A stretch of DNA of 64,000 bases from Pirellulales bacterium (lineage in GTDB: Bacteria > Planctomycetota > Planctomycetia > Pirellulales > JAICIG01): NCBI GenBank assembly GCA_035550375.1, contig DASZPH010000107.1:23245-87244 (forward strand), given 5' to 3'. The position numbers and the translations under genes were made by a program. Shown here piece by piece: positions 38,201 to 46,288 of this stretch. Numbering within the stretch: position 1 is the stretch's first letter; every line of letters starts with the position of its first letter. Below the pieces are notes generated by a model. The model had not been told where the DNA came from, did not search any database, and saw only the letters and a list, made by a program, of their open reading frames with translations.

Positions 38201-38356
38201 CGATTCGTCGGCCGAAGAGTCGATGCAAGTCAGCTTTAATTCAGGATCGGTGAGCGTGTACCCCGAGGTGTCGGCCGCTCTGGCAGCAGTCGCACAGAGA
38301 AAACAGGCGATCCAAACGGGATATGCTCCGGTCACGACCTTTCGAGCTGGGGGCAT
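35288..38356 (-). CDS. PVC-type heme-binding protein: membrane-bound-dehydrogenase-like beta-propeller + HEAT repeats + lectin-like module + C-terminal CxxCH domain (1022 aa from ATG 38356)
   Basis: Signal peptide MPPARKVVTGAYPVWIACFLCATAARA. The C-terminus CVKCHAVS...GPSLAGAGKRFTLPYLVESVLLPSKQISP...LTGLVVSETADRLELLEQDG...SPMPAG...LLAYLL matches the Pirellula/Verrucomicrobium-type heme-binding domain. The middle holds HEAT-like LRLQALRAL / AVRLQAAYFL repeats. Confidence 0.8.
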   Translation of the reverse strand: MPPARKVVTGAYPVWIACFLCATAARAADTSGYTLTDPELKLTCIDSSADESFFSVRGDSMGRIFVGGRRSLFVYEPDEKGGYQAPRLLYRFPDHTWINDIAVRGDDLYLLTVSALYVLPGGATHREGLRVKRLVWGVPLGHVHQCFHALAWGPEGDLYLSMGDPVVSYGDFSRPDHWCHWTFFSQPDDTATPYTGVGGVFRCRPDGSRFQVVARGMRNACGLAFDRHWNLFSNDNDHESIPDLYVPGRLLHVTPHAEFFWPRGWMVEKTPDRRDLLDTLFAGMGRAVPVGQAYYDDELLPAVYRDNLLVARWCTRSVTRYPLERRGASFKAEEKVLLACENDARPVGVSVARGGRIFVTVAHMAHNEGSPVYKSDLVMITRRDDPTSHPFQAIDLVRADTDQLWTELSSPSRSRREAAHVELLRRGQPTLAEAASRLRRVPLDDPAREHLIWLAAANGNAVDDLIQLARDSSADVRLQALRALTEYAAPTVPRDVFATALADAELQVQHAALLAFFRLEGALPEQVFQGPARSSDSYLRQPAALLLAQRATRDQLVRLVESTDAAGRLAGVLAAGFRLTVPPATEPVAGDLPLAPLPGEEQYMVQFADEKIDLRKHGAIGNFTVAEHWRARKHSAEQEALFSLLSGRLGDADEAVRLQAAYFLRLLGDARSEPAVARVVEESEERRLAVAPLKGIDRVWLAGPFPDGGRGLATVHPPEVGPIDVSAVYTQGDAKVAWKEVENAAHVDLARRFAAPGDASFYAYFRMETARRERVRLMVGSDDGVKVWHNGREVWTNPVVRAALPLQDVVPLELEPGSNDVLVRVQNLSGECGWYLHYRALGSVAVRLPEKVGTDSLADRLKSAAGQAGGEVAAAFLTVDWPKAVAEADPAQGRRLFEKLACVKCHAVSSDAPSGGGPSLAGAGKRFTLPYLVESVLLPSKQISPVFRRTTLETDAGKTLTGLVVSETADRLELLEQDGTRRSLAKSEIVERALQDVSPMPAGIVKTPDELSQLLAYLLRGE

Positions 38357-38541
38357 GATGGTCAAAATGGGGCTCTGGTGGTGCAGAATCTTCGGTCCGT
38401 TGACGGCGGTAACGACTGCCAACTTGAGAACCCGGTGTGGGTGTCTCGCGACCATTTTTAGATTGGGTTTCAATTGTCAATGGCGCGCGCTGGGAATGCA
38501 AGGCGGTCGAGGCCGCGGTAAAAGCGCGAAAGAGGCACAAC

Positions 38542-38886
38542 ATGACGATGGACCCAGGAAAACGAACCGCCTCAGAGCGACGATGGCGTGGGGTGATCTC
38601 CTGGGCTACGTGTGTGACACTGGCGACAGAGATGGTCACGCTTTACTTGCGCTTCGGTCGGCACCAAACGGCCAAGGAATTCAACCAGACGGCGCCGCTC
38701 TTGTTGCAAATCCATCACATGTTCTGGAGCGTTCCGCTCCTGGCCGCGCTGCCGGCTTGTGGGCACCGGCCGAGGCTCCGCGGCGCGATTGCCGGAGTGG
38801 CGATCGGCCTCATCATCAGTGATCTGCTGCACCACTTTTTCGTTCTGCCACTGCTCGTGGGCAACACGGGCTGGCATTGGCCGTGA
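38542..38886 (+). CDS. Hypothetical small membrane protein (114 aa, about 3 TM segments, His-rich faces)
   Basis: Frame with coding-like codon usage. Hydrophobic segments: VISWATCVTLATEMVTLYL, LLLQIHHMFWSVPLLAALPA, AIAGVAIGLIISDLLHHFFVLPLLV. The start was chosen at MTMDPGK to avoid overlap with the divergent gene. No family assigned. Confidence 0.45.
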   Translation: MTMDPGKRTASERRWRGVISWATCVTLATEMVTLYLRFGRHQTAKEFNQTAPLLLQIHHMFWSVPLLAALPACGHRPRLRGAIAGVAIGLIISDLLHHFFVLPLLVGNTGWHWP

Positions 38887-38913
38887 TGCACAGCCTGACC
38901 GGATGATTGAGAT

Positions 38914-38930
38914 GCGCTTCCTTCAAGCGC
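38914..38930. terminator. Candidate bidirectional hairpin between convergent genes (38542..38886 and typA)
   Basis: GCGCTT-ccttc-AAGCGC, a 6-bp perfect stem with a 5-nt loop, in the 57-nt convergent gap. There is no clear U-tract. Confidence 0.3.
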
Positions 38931-38943
38931 CGGGATGGTCGCG

Positions 38944-40776
38944 CTAGGCGCGGCGGGCGGCGCGGCGGCGGTCGTGCTCGCTGAGCATCATTTTCCGCAA
39001 ACGAATGTGCGACGGAGTCACTTCGACCAGTTCGTCGTCTTCGATGTACTCCAGCGCCATCTCGAGGGTCATCAGGCGCGGCGGCTTGAGGATGATGTTG
39101 CGGTCGCTGCCAGAGGCCCGCATGTTGGTGAGCTTCTTTTCCTTGGTGGGATTCACGGTCATGTCTCCCGCGCGGCTGTTCTCGCCCACGATCATTCCCT
39201 CATAGACCTCGTCGCCGGGAGCGACGAACAGCTCGGCGCGTTCCTGCAGGCCATCGAGACCGAAAGCCACCGCCCTGCCAGTGACAATCGACACGAGCAC
39301 GCCGTTGGGCCGGCCGGAGATTTCCCCTTCCAAGGGCCGGTAACCCTCAAAGCGATGGTGCATGATGGCCGTGCCCTGCGTGGCGTTCAGGAGGCGCGTT
39401 CGCAGGCCGATCAGCCCGCGTGCGGGGATCGAAAAGCTGACGTGCGTATAATCGCCGCGGGTGTGCATCTCGCGCATCTGCCCCCGCCGCGCGCCGACGA
39501 GCTCCATGACGGCTCCCAGCCGGTCGGGTGGTACTTCCACGACGAGCGCCTCGAACGGCTCTTCGACGATGCGGTCGACCTCGCGCGTGATGACGCGCGG
39601 CTTGCCAACCGAAAGTTCGAATCCCTCTCGCCGCATCGTTTCGATCAGCACCGAAAGGTGCAGCAGACCGCGGCCCGAAACGGCGAATGCGTCGGTTCCT
39701 TCCAAGGGAGAAACCCGCAGCGCCACGTTGCGCTCCAGTTCCTTCTCTAGCCGGTCGCGAAGATGACGCGTGGTGACATATTTTCCCACGCGGCCGGCAA
39801 AGGGGGACGTGTTGATGCTGAAGATCATCTCCAGCGTCGGCTGATCGATTTCCAACCGGGGCAGGGGGCGACGAACGTCAAAGTCGCTGATCGTGTCGCC
39901 GATCTCGACTTCTTCCAAGCCGACCACCGCGACCACGTCGCCGGCGGTCGCTTCCTCAACTTCGGTGCGTCCCAGCTTCTCAAACACAAATAGCTGGTTG
40001 ACTTTGGCCGGAATCACGACGTCGCCAGCCTGCAGCAATGCCACCCGCTGGCCCCGCGTAATACGGCCCGACGAAATGCGGCCGATGGCGATGCGGCCCA
40101 CGTACTCCGACCAGTCGAGAGTCGTCACGAGCAACTGCAACGGTGCCTCGGCATCGATCTCCGGTCCGGGGACCGATTCCAGCACCAGGTCCAGGAGCGG
40201 CCGCATCGAATCGGTGCGTTCGCCCAGGTGGGGCGTGGCGTAGCCCTCCCGCGAGCTGGAGAAAATGTATGGGAAATCGGCCAGCGCGTCGTCGGCCCCG
40301 AGCTCGACGAACAACTCGAACGTCTCGTTGAGCACCTCGTTGGCACGGGCGTCGGAGCGGTCGATCTTGTTGATGACGACCACCGGCTTAAGGCCGAATT
40401 CCAGGGCCTTGGAAAGCACGAACCGCGTCTGCGGCATCGGCCCCTCGGCCGCGTCGACCAGCACCAGCGCCCCGTCGGCCATGCGGAGCACACGTTCAAC
40501 TTCGCCCCCGAAGTCGGCGTGCCCGGGCGTGTCGATGAGGTTGATTTTCACGCCGCGGTAAGGGATGGCGATGTTTTTGGCCAGAATGGTGATTCCGCGC
40601 TCTCGCTCCAACTCGTTCGAGTCGAGAATTTGCTCGCCCACGAGTTGGCTCGCCCGGAACTCGCCGCTTTGGCGCAGCAGGCAGTCGACCAGCGTCGTCT
40701 TGCCGTGATCGACGTGGGCGATGATGGCGATATTGCGGATATCGGTCCGGCGTTGCAAGCAGATAGTATTCGACAT
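38944..40776 (-). CDS. typA: Translational GTPase TypA/BipA
   Basis: [46 protein letters not shown], with EF-G-like domains and the TypA-specific C-terminus. 610 aa. Confidence 0.9.
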   Translation of the reverse strand: MSNTICLQRRTDIRNIAIIAHVDHGKTTLVDCLLRQSGEFRASQLVGEQILDSNELERERGITILAKNIAIPYRGVKINLIDTPGHADFGGEVERVLRMADGALVLVDAAEGPMPQTRFVLSKALEFGLKPVVVINKIDRSDARANEVLNETFELFVELGADDALADFPYIFSSSREGYATPHLGERTDSMRPLLDLVLESVPGPEIDAEAPLQLLVTTLDWSEYVGRIAIGRISSGRITRGQRVALLQAGDVVIPAKVNQLFVFEKLGRTEVEEATAGDVVAVVGLEEVEIGDTISDFDVRRPLPRLEIDQPTLEMIFSINTSPFAGRVGKYVTTRHLRDRLEKELERNVALRVSPLEGTDAFAVSGRGLLHLSVLIETMRREGFELSVGKPRVITREVDRIVEEPFEALVVEVPPDRLGAVMELVGARRGQMREMHTRGDYTHVSFSIPARGLIGLRTRLLNATQGTAIMHHRFEGYRPLEGEISGRPNGVLVSIVTGRAVAFGLDGLQERAELFVAPGDEVYEGMIVGENSRAGDMTVNPTKEKKLTNMRASGSDRNIILKPPRLMTLEMALEYIEDDELVEVTPSHIRLRKMMLSEHDRRRAARRA

Positions 40777-41445
40777 AAGTTTTTTGGAGGCTGAAGAAGG
40801 GGCCGGCGCGCTTTCGTTGGCACGCCGTTCCGCTTCCTCGCGACCTTCTAGGGTTTGTGCGGTTTCTCAACCGCGACCTGCCACAACGCCCTGGTCTGCC
40901 GGGCGTCTGGCGTTCGTAGGATGGCCTGGCCGTCTGGCGGCCCTGCAGGGGTAAGCCGGCGACCCGCGGTCTGCGTGCCCAAAGGCCCGCCCCTCAACGC
41001 GGTTCACAAGGAGCCGATCCGAGAAAACAAGCGCGGCGGGGACGTTTAATCGTTCCCCCACGCACCGGTCCTCGGAAGAGCTCCAAAACGCTGACCAGAG
41101 TATTTTCGGCGGCGCTCGGTAGCTGTTCCGGTCGTAGCTTTCGCCTGACCCTGCCCATTCTAGGCGAGGTACCTGGCAAAAGAGAATGGCAGTCCGCCCG
41201 TTTTTTGCTCCGCGGTGGCATCCCCCCGCCCACAACCGGAATTGTTGACCACTCCACTCTGCCGGAAAGTCATCGATGGTACGCTTTTGCCTGCCCCGGA
41301 GGGGGCCAGGGGAGCGTGGTCATGGGCAACCAGGCCAAACGGGGTCGGTGGCAAAATCGCGGCGCAAGCAACGAGCACAAAGTAACTTATGTCACACGAG
41401 CCCGACGGAAGCGAACTCGTGGAAAGATGAACGAACACGTGGTTG

Positions 41446-41473
41446 TTTACATCCGTACAGGTGAGTGTAGAAT
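41446..41473 (+). promoter_or_regulatory. Sigma-70-like promoter candidate for the small ORF at 41511
   Basis: TTTACA (41446..41451), a 16-nt spacer, then TAGAAT (41468..41473). It lies in a locally AT-rich patch. AAGGAG (41499..41504) sits 6 nt before the ATG. Confidence 0.3.
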
Positions 41474-41510
41474 GGATAAATGTACAGTACGGATATCAAG
41501 GAGCTTGCCG

Positions 41511-41717
41511 ATGTTGATCGAAGTGCTGAGAACGCAAGGGAGCCGGCCTGTCGCCCGTCGATGCGCAGGGGTGTGCAGCATTGGCGAAGCCCTTGCCGAG
41601 TTGATCAGCCGCTATGATCTTGCCCTCGAAAGCGAGGGTGGCGAGTTGGACTGCTCCCACGGCCAAGCGGAGTTTGTTTTTGCGAACTGCGAGCCTATCG
41701 GATGTGCCGCCTCGTAA
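41511..41717 (+). CDS. Hypothetical small Cys-containing protein, 68 aa
   Basis: MLIEVLRTQGSRPVARRCAGVCSIGEALAELISRYDLALESEGGELDCSHGQAEFVFANCEPIGCAAS. It has a strong AAGGAG SD and a promoter-like elements upstream. I recognise no family. Confidence 0.35.
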   Translation: MLIEVLRTQGSRPVARRCAGVCSIGEALAELISRYDLALESEGGELDCSHGQAEFVFANCEPIGCAAS

Positions 41718-41759
41718 CGGATACGGACGAAAATGCGAGTTCCCGCCGGTCCTCCCCCC

Positions 41760-42236
41760 TCACTCCGCCAGCCGGGCGTAGTTGCCCTGATAGTAGAGCA
41801 GCGGCCGGCCTCCTCGCACCTCGCCGGCCACGATCTCGCCGGTGAAGATATGGTGATCGCCGCCAGGCAGAATCTCAGCAAGCTTGCAGTCCAGATAGGC
41901 CACTACGCCGTCGATAATCGGGGCACCCGTCACGGCGGTTGTTAGCGCCAGGTCCGACCATTCCTTGGGCCCCCGCATGGCAAACCGCCGCGACAGGCCC
42001 TCCTGGTCTTCACTGAGAATATTGACGGCAAAAAAGCGGGCCTGCGTCAGGTGCTCGTGCATCTGCGCCCGCTTGTCGACCGCCACCAGCACGAGCGGCG
42101 GATCGAGAGACAACGATGCCACGGCGTTGGCCGTCATCCAGCACAGCTCCTCGCCCCGGCGGGTCGTGACGACCGTCACGCCCGTGGCAAAGTGGCCCAT
42201 GATGCGTCGTTGGAGTTGGCTGTCGAATTGAGACAT
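41760..42236 (-). CDS. Flavin reductase-like FMN-binding domain protein (HpaC/NADH:FMN oxidoreductase family)
   Basis: GHFATGVTVVTT...MTANAVASLSLDPPLVLVAVDK...F.VNILSEDQ..LS..FA......F, typical of the flavin_reduct split-barrel domain. 158 aa. Confidence 0.8.
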   Translation of the reverse strand: MSQFDSQLQRRIMGHFATGVTVVTTRRGEELCWMTANAVASLSLDPPLVLVAVDKRAQMHEHLTQARFFAVNILSEDQEGLSRRFAMRGPKEWSDLALTTAVTGAPIIDGVVAYLDCKLAEILPGGDHHIFTGEIVAGEVRGGRPLLYYQGNYARLAE

Positions 42237-42303
42237 CGGCAGTGGCAGAAAGCAGAAGGTGATTGGTGGACTTCTTTGAGTCTCGACGGCGCCCGAGAGA
42301 ACG

Positions 42304-42960
42304 TTATTTGATCGACCGCACGAACTTCTCGGCGTCGTCTTCCGTAAACGAGTCGGCCTTGAGTTGCCCTATCAGCATGGTTAGCCCCTCCTTCCCCTCG
42401 AAGAACCCCTCGATTTGCACGAATTGCTCCTTGGTCTGCGGGTCTTCGGCCTTTTGAATCTTGAACGTGGCCGACTGGCCGCGGATCTCAAGCTCAACAT
42501 CACGCGACTCCGCGACCTCCAGTTTCTTCATCTGCTGGCCTTGTTGCCGCATCTGCTGCTCCATTTGAATTCTCACTTGCTCACGGTCGGCATTACCCAT
42601 CAACTGACCGAATTCCATCAAGAGAATTCGGGACTCGTTGGTGGGACCAATGTAGACGACCATCGTCATCACGGTCTGGCCGCTCATTGGATTCTTCATG
42701 GAGAAAGCGCTCTGGGCCTTGATCCCAGCGGGCAGGTCGAATTCGGCGATCTGGTTGCCCTGCTGCTGCGCGGCTGCCGGATCGTTGACGACCTGAACGG
42801 CGTTTTTGACGAAAAAGTACATCCCCACGCCGCCCCCGCAACACAACAGCATCACGAAGCCGCAGCCAAGCCCCAAGAACAACCAGATACCTGAGCCTCC
42901 CTTCGCGGGAGCAGGCCCTTGCGGTGCAAAAGGCTCAGAAGCGTTGGGGTCAGTCGACAT
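42304..42960 (-). CDS. Hypothetical N-terminally membrane-anchored protein, 218 aa
   Basis: One TM segment (IWLFLGLGCGFVMLLCCGGGVGMYFFV) followed by a soluble Q/E/K-rich domain. Coding-like composition. No family recognised. Confidence 0.55.
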   Translation of the reverse strand: MSTDPNASEPFAPQGPAPAKGGSGIWLFLGLGCGFVMLLCCGGGVGMYFFVKNAVQVVNDPAAAQQQGNQIAEFDLPAGIKAQSAFSMKNPMSGQTVMTMVVYIGPTNESRILLMEFGQLMGNADREQVRIQMEQQMRQQGQQMKKLEVAESRDVELEIRGQSATFKIQKAEDPQTKEQFVQIEGFFEGKEGLTMLIGQLKADSFTEDDAEKFVRSIK

Positions 42961-43040
42961 GATTGGACCTCTTGGATGGGCTTGGCGGCGGGATCTTCGA
43001 CCGGATTGTCGAGGGCGCCGCGGAGATTGTCAATTGTGGA

Positions 43041-43472
43041 TCACTTCTTTAACACCAGCACCGGGCAGTGCGCTAAACGAACCGTCTTTTCGGCCACCGA
43101 GCCGATCAACAGCCGCGTCAGGCCGGTGCGACCATGTGACGAGAGCACGATCAAATCGGCGTTCTCCCGCTGCGCGAAGTCGGCGATCTCGTGCCCAGGA
43201 TCGCCGAAGGCGATGTGCGTCTTCGCGCCTGAAACACGCGTGCCGAGCCGCTCGCCCAGCGCCAGCTCGGCATGGTGCCGTCGGCTCTCGTCATCGACGG
43301 TCGTCCAGATCACGCCCGGCTCGGCCGGGTCGATCACGGGCAGGACGTAGATGAGCGAAAGGTGCGAGGCGTCGGCGACCAACGCCAGGGCGGTATCCAG
43401 CGCGGCGAAAGAATCGTCCGAGAAATCGACCGGCACGACCACGCGTTGCTTGGGAAGCCAGGAGTCAGACAT
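43041..43472 (-). CDS. Universal stress protein (UspA family)
   Basis: VVVPVDFSDDSFAALDTA, G.P...I...A.....DLIVLSSHGRTGLTRLLIGSVAEKTVRLAHCPVLVL. This is the canonical Usp ATP-binding motif G-2x-G-9x-G(S/T). Confidence 0.85.
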   Translation of the reverse strand: MSDSWLPKQRVVVPVDFSDDSFAALDTALALVADASHLSLIYVLPVIDPAEPGVIWTTVDDESRRHHAELALGERLGTRVSGAKTHIAFGDPGHEIADFAQRENADLIVLSSHGRTGLTRLLIGSVAEKTVRLAHCPVLVLKK

Positions 43473-43670
43473 GGGAGAAAGTGCGAAAGGGTTAGACCAT
43501 GAGTTGTTCGCTCAACAGAATAACGCATTGAACTCCGGGATTCACCAGACCGAGTTTTTCGGTCATTCATCCCATTTTGAGACAAAGTTGCGAGCACCGA
43601 CCTCGACTGGAACCAAATTCTTGTGTTATAAGCTGTTGCCCCGCAAAGACCCGATGCAGGAGATGCCGCC

Positions 43671-44603
43671 ATGGAAGGTTGGCAAACCCAGTTGCTTGCC
43701 GCGCCGGCCGCGGAAGTAGACCAGCAGATCCAATTGACCGTGCTTCTGCCGGCCTTCAACGAAGAGCAGGCGATCGAACGTGTCCTGGCGGAGATCGTCG
43801 AGGCACTGGCTGACGAGTCGATTCGTTACGAGGTCGTCGTCGTCGACGACGCCTCCACCGACGGCACGGCGGAGCGCGCCGAGCGTTTTTCCTCCGACTG
43901 CTGGCAATGCCCGATCCGCGTTCTCCGCTCTCTTGAGAACCGGGGGGCCGGCGCCGCCCGCAAGATTGGAATCCGCGCGGCCCGCGGCGATATCGTCGTC
44001 ATGCTCGACGCCGACGGCTCCTACCCGGCCGCCGCCATACCGGCCCTGTTGCGTTGGTTCCCCGCCTACGACCAGGTGAACGGCGCCCGCACCAGCGAAC
44101 AAGGCACACTGCCCTGGTTGCGCAAGCCGACGAAGTGGTTTATTCGCAAGTTGGCATCCTATCTGACCGGCCACAAAATTCCCGACCTCAACACGGGGCT
44201 GAAAGCGTTCAAGCGCGAGGCGATGCTCCCCTGGCTGTGGGTTGTGCCCGACGGATTCAGTTGCGTGACCACGATGACACTCGCTTTTCTGACCAACGGG
44301 TACGCGGTGAAATACGTCCCCACCGAATATCGGCCGCGGATCGGTCACAGCAAGTTCCACCCGATCAAAGACACGCTCGCCTACTTGAGCACCGTGCTGC
44401 GGATCGTCCTCTATTTTCGGCCGCTGAAAGTGTTCTTGCCCCTCTCCGGCGCGTTGACCTTGTTGGCGCTGGCCAAGACAGCTCTCGATTGGTGGGCGAC
44501 GGGGAGCATGCAGGAATCGGACATCGTGATCTTCGTGGCCGGGTTCATGACGTGCATGCTCGGCCTGCTGGCCGAAGTAATCGTCGCCCATCATCGGCGC
44601 TAA
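43671..44603 (+). CDS. Family 2 glycosyltransferase, polyprenol-phosphate sugar synthase type (GtrB/DPM1/ArnC-like) with two C-terminal TM helices
   Basis: LTVLLPAFNEEQAIERVL...YEVVVVDDASTDGT...VMLDADGSYP is a GT-A fold with DxD. The C-terminus has the TM pair VLRIVLYFRPLKVFLPLSGALTLLAL and DIVIFVAGFMTCMLGLLAEVIV. Confidence 0.85.
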   Translation: MEGWQTQLLAAPAAEVDQQIQLTVLLPAFNEEQAIERVLAEIVEALADESIRYEVVVVDDASTDGTAERAERFSSDCWQCPIRVLRSLENRGAGAARKIGIRAARGDIVVMLDADGSYPAAAIPALLRWFPAYDQVNGARTSEQGTLPWLRKPTKWFIRKLASYLTGHKIPDLNTGLKAFKREAMLPWLWVVPDGFSCVTTMTLAFLTNGYAVKYVPTEYRPRIGHSKFHPIKDTLAYLSTVLRIVLYFRPLKVFLPLSGALTLLALAKTALDWWATGSMQESDIVIFVAGFMTCMLGLLAEVIVAHHRR

Positions 44604-44626
44604 ACACGAAGCGCTAGCAAGAGACC

Positions 44627-46288
44627 ATGATACTTCCTGCCGCTGAGCACTGGTCCGCGGCCTCCCTCTGCCCGCGAGATCCAAAGGCGCGAGAACGATA
44701 CGCGCACGCCGCGCTGTCACAAATGCCACGGCTGCTGGGCGCGATCGATCGCAACCCGTTTCATGAGACATACGGTTGTTTCGACCGGCAGTTCTGGCAC
44801 TACCGCACGGCCGGCTTCGCCAGCGAGATGTACCAGGAAGCCGTCTTGCCTCTCGCCCTGGCCTATGCCACGCCGCTTCCCGGCAATCGCTGGCACGGAG
44901 AAGCTCGCGTTAAGGAACTGGCGGTTGCCGCGCTGCGGTTCACGGCCCGCAGCGCCCGGCCCGATGGCTCGTGCGACGACTACTATCCCTATGAGCGGGC
45001 GCTGGGTGCCGCCGTCTTCTCGTTGCAAGCTGCCACCAGGGCCTGCCAGGTTCTCGGTATCGATGCGGCCGACATCATGGCCTGGCTGCGGCGACGCGCC
45101 GATTGGATCGCTGGTCACGACGAAACGGGACGACTCGCCAACCACCACGCTCTGGCGGCACTCGGCCTGGCAAGAGTCGCCCAAATCACGGGCGAGAGAC
45201 GATTCATGCGAGCAGCACAGGAGCGGGTACGGCTCGTCCTCGCCTGGCAATCCCCCGAAGGCTGGTTTGACGAATACGGCGGGGCCGATCCGGGCTATCA
45301 GACGGTAACGATCGACGCGCTGGCGAAGCTCCGAAAAATAACGCACGACTCACGGCTCGACGAACCGCTGCTGCGGGCCGTCGAATTCTCGCGACTCTTT
45401 CTGCATCCCGACGGCAGCTACGGCGGCGAGTACGGCAGCAGGGGCACGTACCACTTCTATCCGCACGGCTTCGAGCTGCTCGCGGGCGAGCATGCCGCGG
45501 CCGCCGATCTCGCGGACGGTTTTTTGGCCGCCCTGGCCGCCGGCAAGCAGGCGTCGTTCGACGACGACCGGATGTTTGCCCACCGGCTCGCGAACCTGAT
45601 CGAAGCATACGTCGACTGGTCGTCGGTAAGGCCGGAGGCACCGGACGGTTACACCGAGTCGGGTTCCCATTTTTTGCCAGAGGCCGGCCTCCTGGTGCGG
45701 CGCGACGGCGAGAAGTGCACGATCGTTTCGTCCGCGCGAGGCGGAGTTTTCAAGCGGTTCGCTCCGAGACAACCGCCGCTCACCGACAGCGGGCTGGTGA
45801 TTGAAACCGCCGACGGACGGCAGGCCGTCTCGCAGGTCCACGATCGCCGTCGCGACATCAGCTGGCAAGCCGACGGCGTTCTCGAAGTGACCGGGCGGTT
45901 GCACTGGGTCAAGCACGAGACGCCGACGCCCCTGAAGCAGGCCGTATTTCACGTCGGCATGTGCCTGGTCGGCCGTTGGTGCCGCACGCTGGTGCGCCGG
46001 CTCTTGCAGCGGCGGCTGATCAGCGGTCGCCGCCCTTCCGGCGTGCTCCATACCCGGCAGATCTGCTTCGACGGCAGCGGTGGCTGCCAAGTCACCGACC
46101 AGATCAAACTGCTCGATAGTTCCCTTCGTGTTCGAAGAATGGCGTTTTCCAGCGACCTGCAAGCGGCCTATGTGGCCGCCGCGAACGTCTATCAGGAGAG
46201 CACGCTCCAACCATGGGTCGACCTAAGCGAGTACATCGACGAGCTAAACGGTCGCCGCCGCGTTTCAATCGTTCGCGACTTGCACTAA
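44627..46288 (+). CDS. Hypothetical 553-aa protein, N-terminal half with (alpha/alpha)-toroid-like repeat signatures; no signal peptide
   Basis: Periodic motifs: RPDGSCDDYYPYERALGA, SPEGWFDEYGGADPGYQT, HPDGSYGGEYGSRGTYHF. These resemble the inter-helix loops of alpha/alpha-barrel enzymes. The family is unknown to me. It starts 23 nt after the GT2 stop. Confidence 0.6.
   Translation: MILPAAEHWSAASLCPRDPKARERYAHAALSQMPRLLGAIDRNPFHETYGCFDRQFWHYRTAGFASEMYQEAVLPLALAYATPLPGNRWHGEARVKELAVAALRFTARSARPDGSCDDYYPYERALGAAVFSLQAATRACQVLGIDAADIMAWLRRRADWIAGHDETGRLANHHALAALGLARVAQITGERRFMRAAQERVRLVLAWQSPEGWFDEYGGADPGYQTVTIDALAKLRKITHDSRLDEPLLRAVEFSRLFLHPDGSYGGEYGSRGTYHFYPHGFELLAGEHAAAADLADGFLAALAAGKQASFDDDRMFAHRLANLIEAYVDWSSVRPEAPDGYTESGSHFLPEAGLLVRRDGEKCTIVSSARGGVFKRFAPRQPPLTDSGLVIETADGRQAVSQVHDRRRDISWQADGVLEVTGRLHWVKHETPTPLKQAVFHVGMCLVGRWCRTLVRRLLQRRLISGRRPSGVLHTRQICFDGSGGCQVTDQIKLLDSSLRVRRMAFSSDLQAAYVAAANVYQESTLQPWVDLSEYIDELNGRRRVSIVRDLH

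Noticed and set aside
38223-38822. 199-aa plus-strand ORF spanning the PVC heme-protein start and the small membrane-protein gene
   Set aside because: It overlaps the 5' end of the 1022-aa gene in antisense and runs out of frame with the more coding-like 38542..38886 frame. The product is Gly/Arg/Ala-rich.
41067-41084. ggtcctcGGAAgagctcc hairpin, considered as the SRP RNA domain IV tetraloop
   Set aside because: Only a 3-bp stem flanks the GGAA loop. The conserved flanking AGCAGCC / symmetric-loop sequences of 4.5S/SRP RNA are absent, and no complementary 5'/3' closing helix is visible.
40867-41257. Minus-strand ORFs 40867..41235 (122 aa) and 40994..41257 (87 aa) in the long gap upstream of typA
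   Set aside because: The translations are Arg/Pro/Gly-rich with no hydrophobic core pattern or motifs, and there are no SD or promoter signals. I treat the region as non-coding pending RNA evidence.
43626-44771. 381-aa minus-strand ORF opposite the GT2 gene, and 45350..46210 opposite the 553-aa gene
   Set aside because: They are antisense shadows. The GT2 frame has a DxD/GT-A signature and the opposite frames have none.
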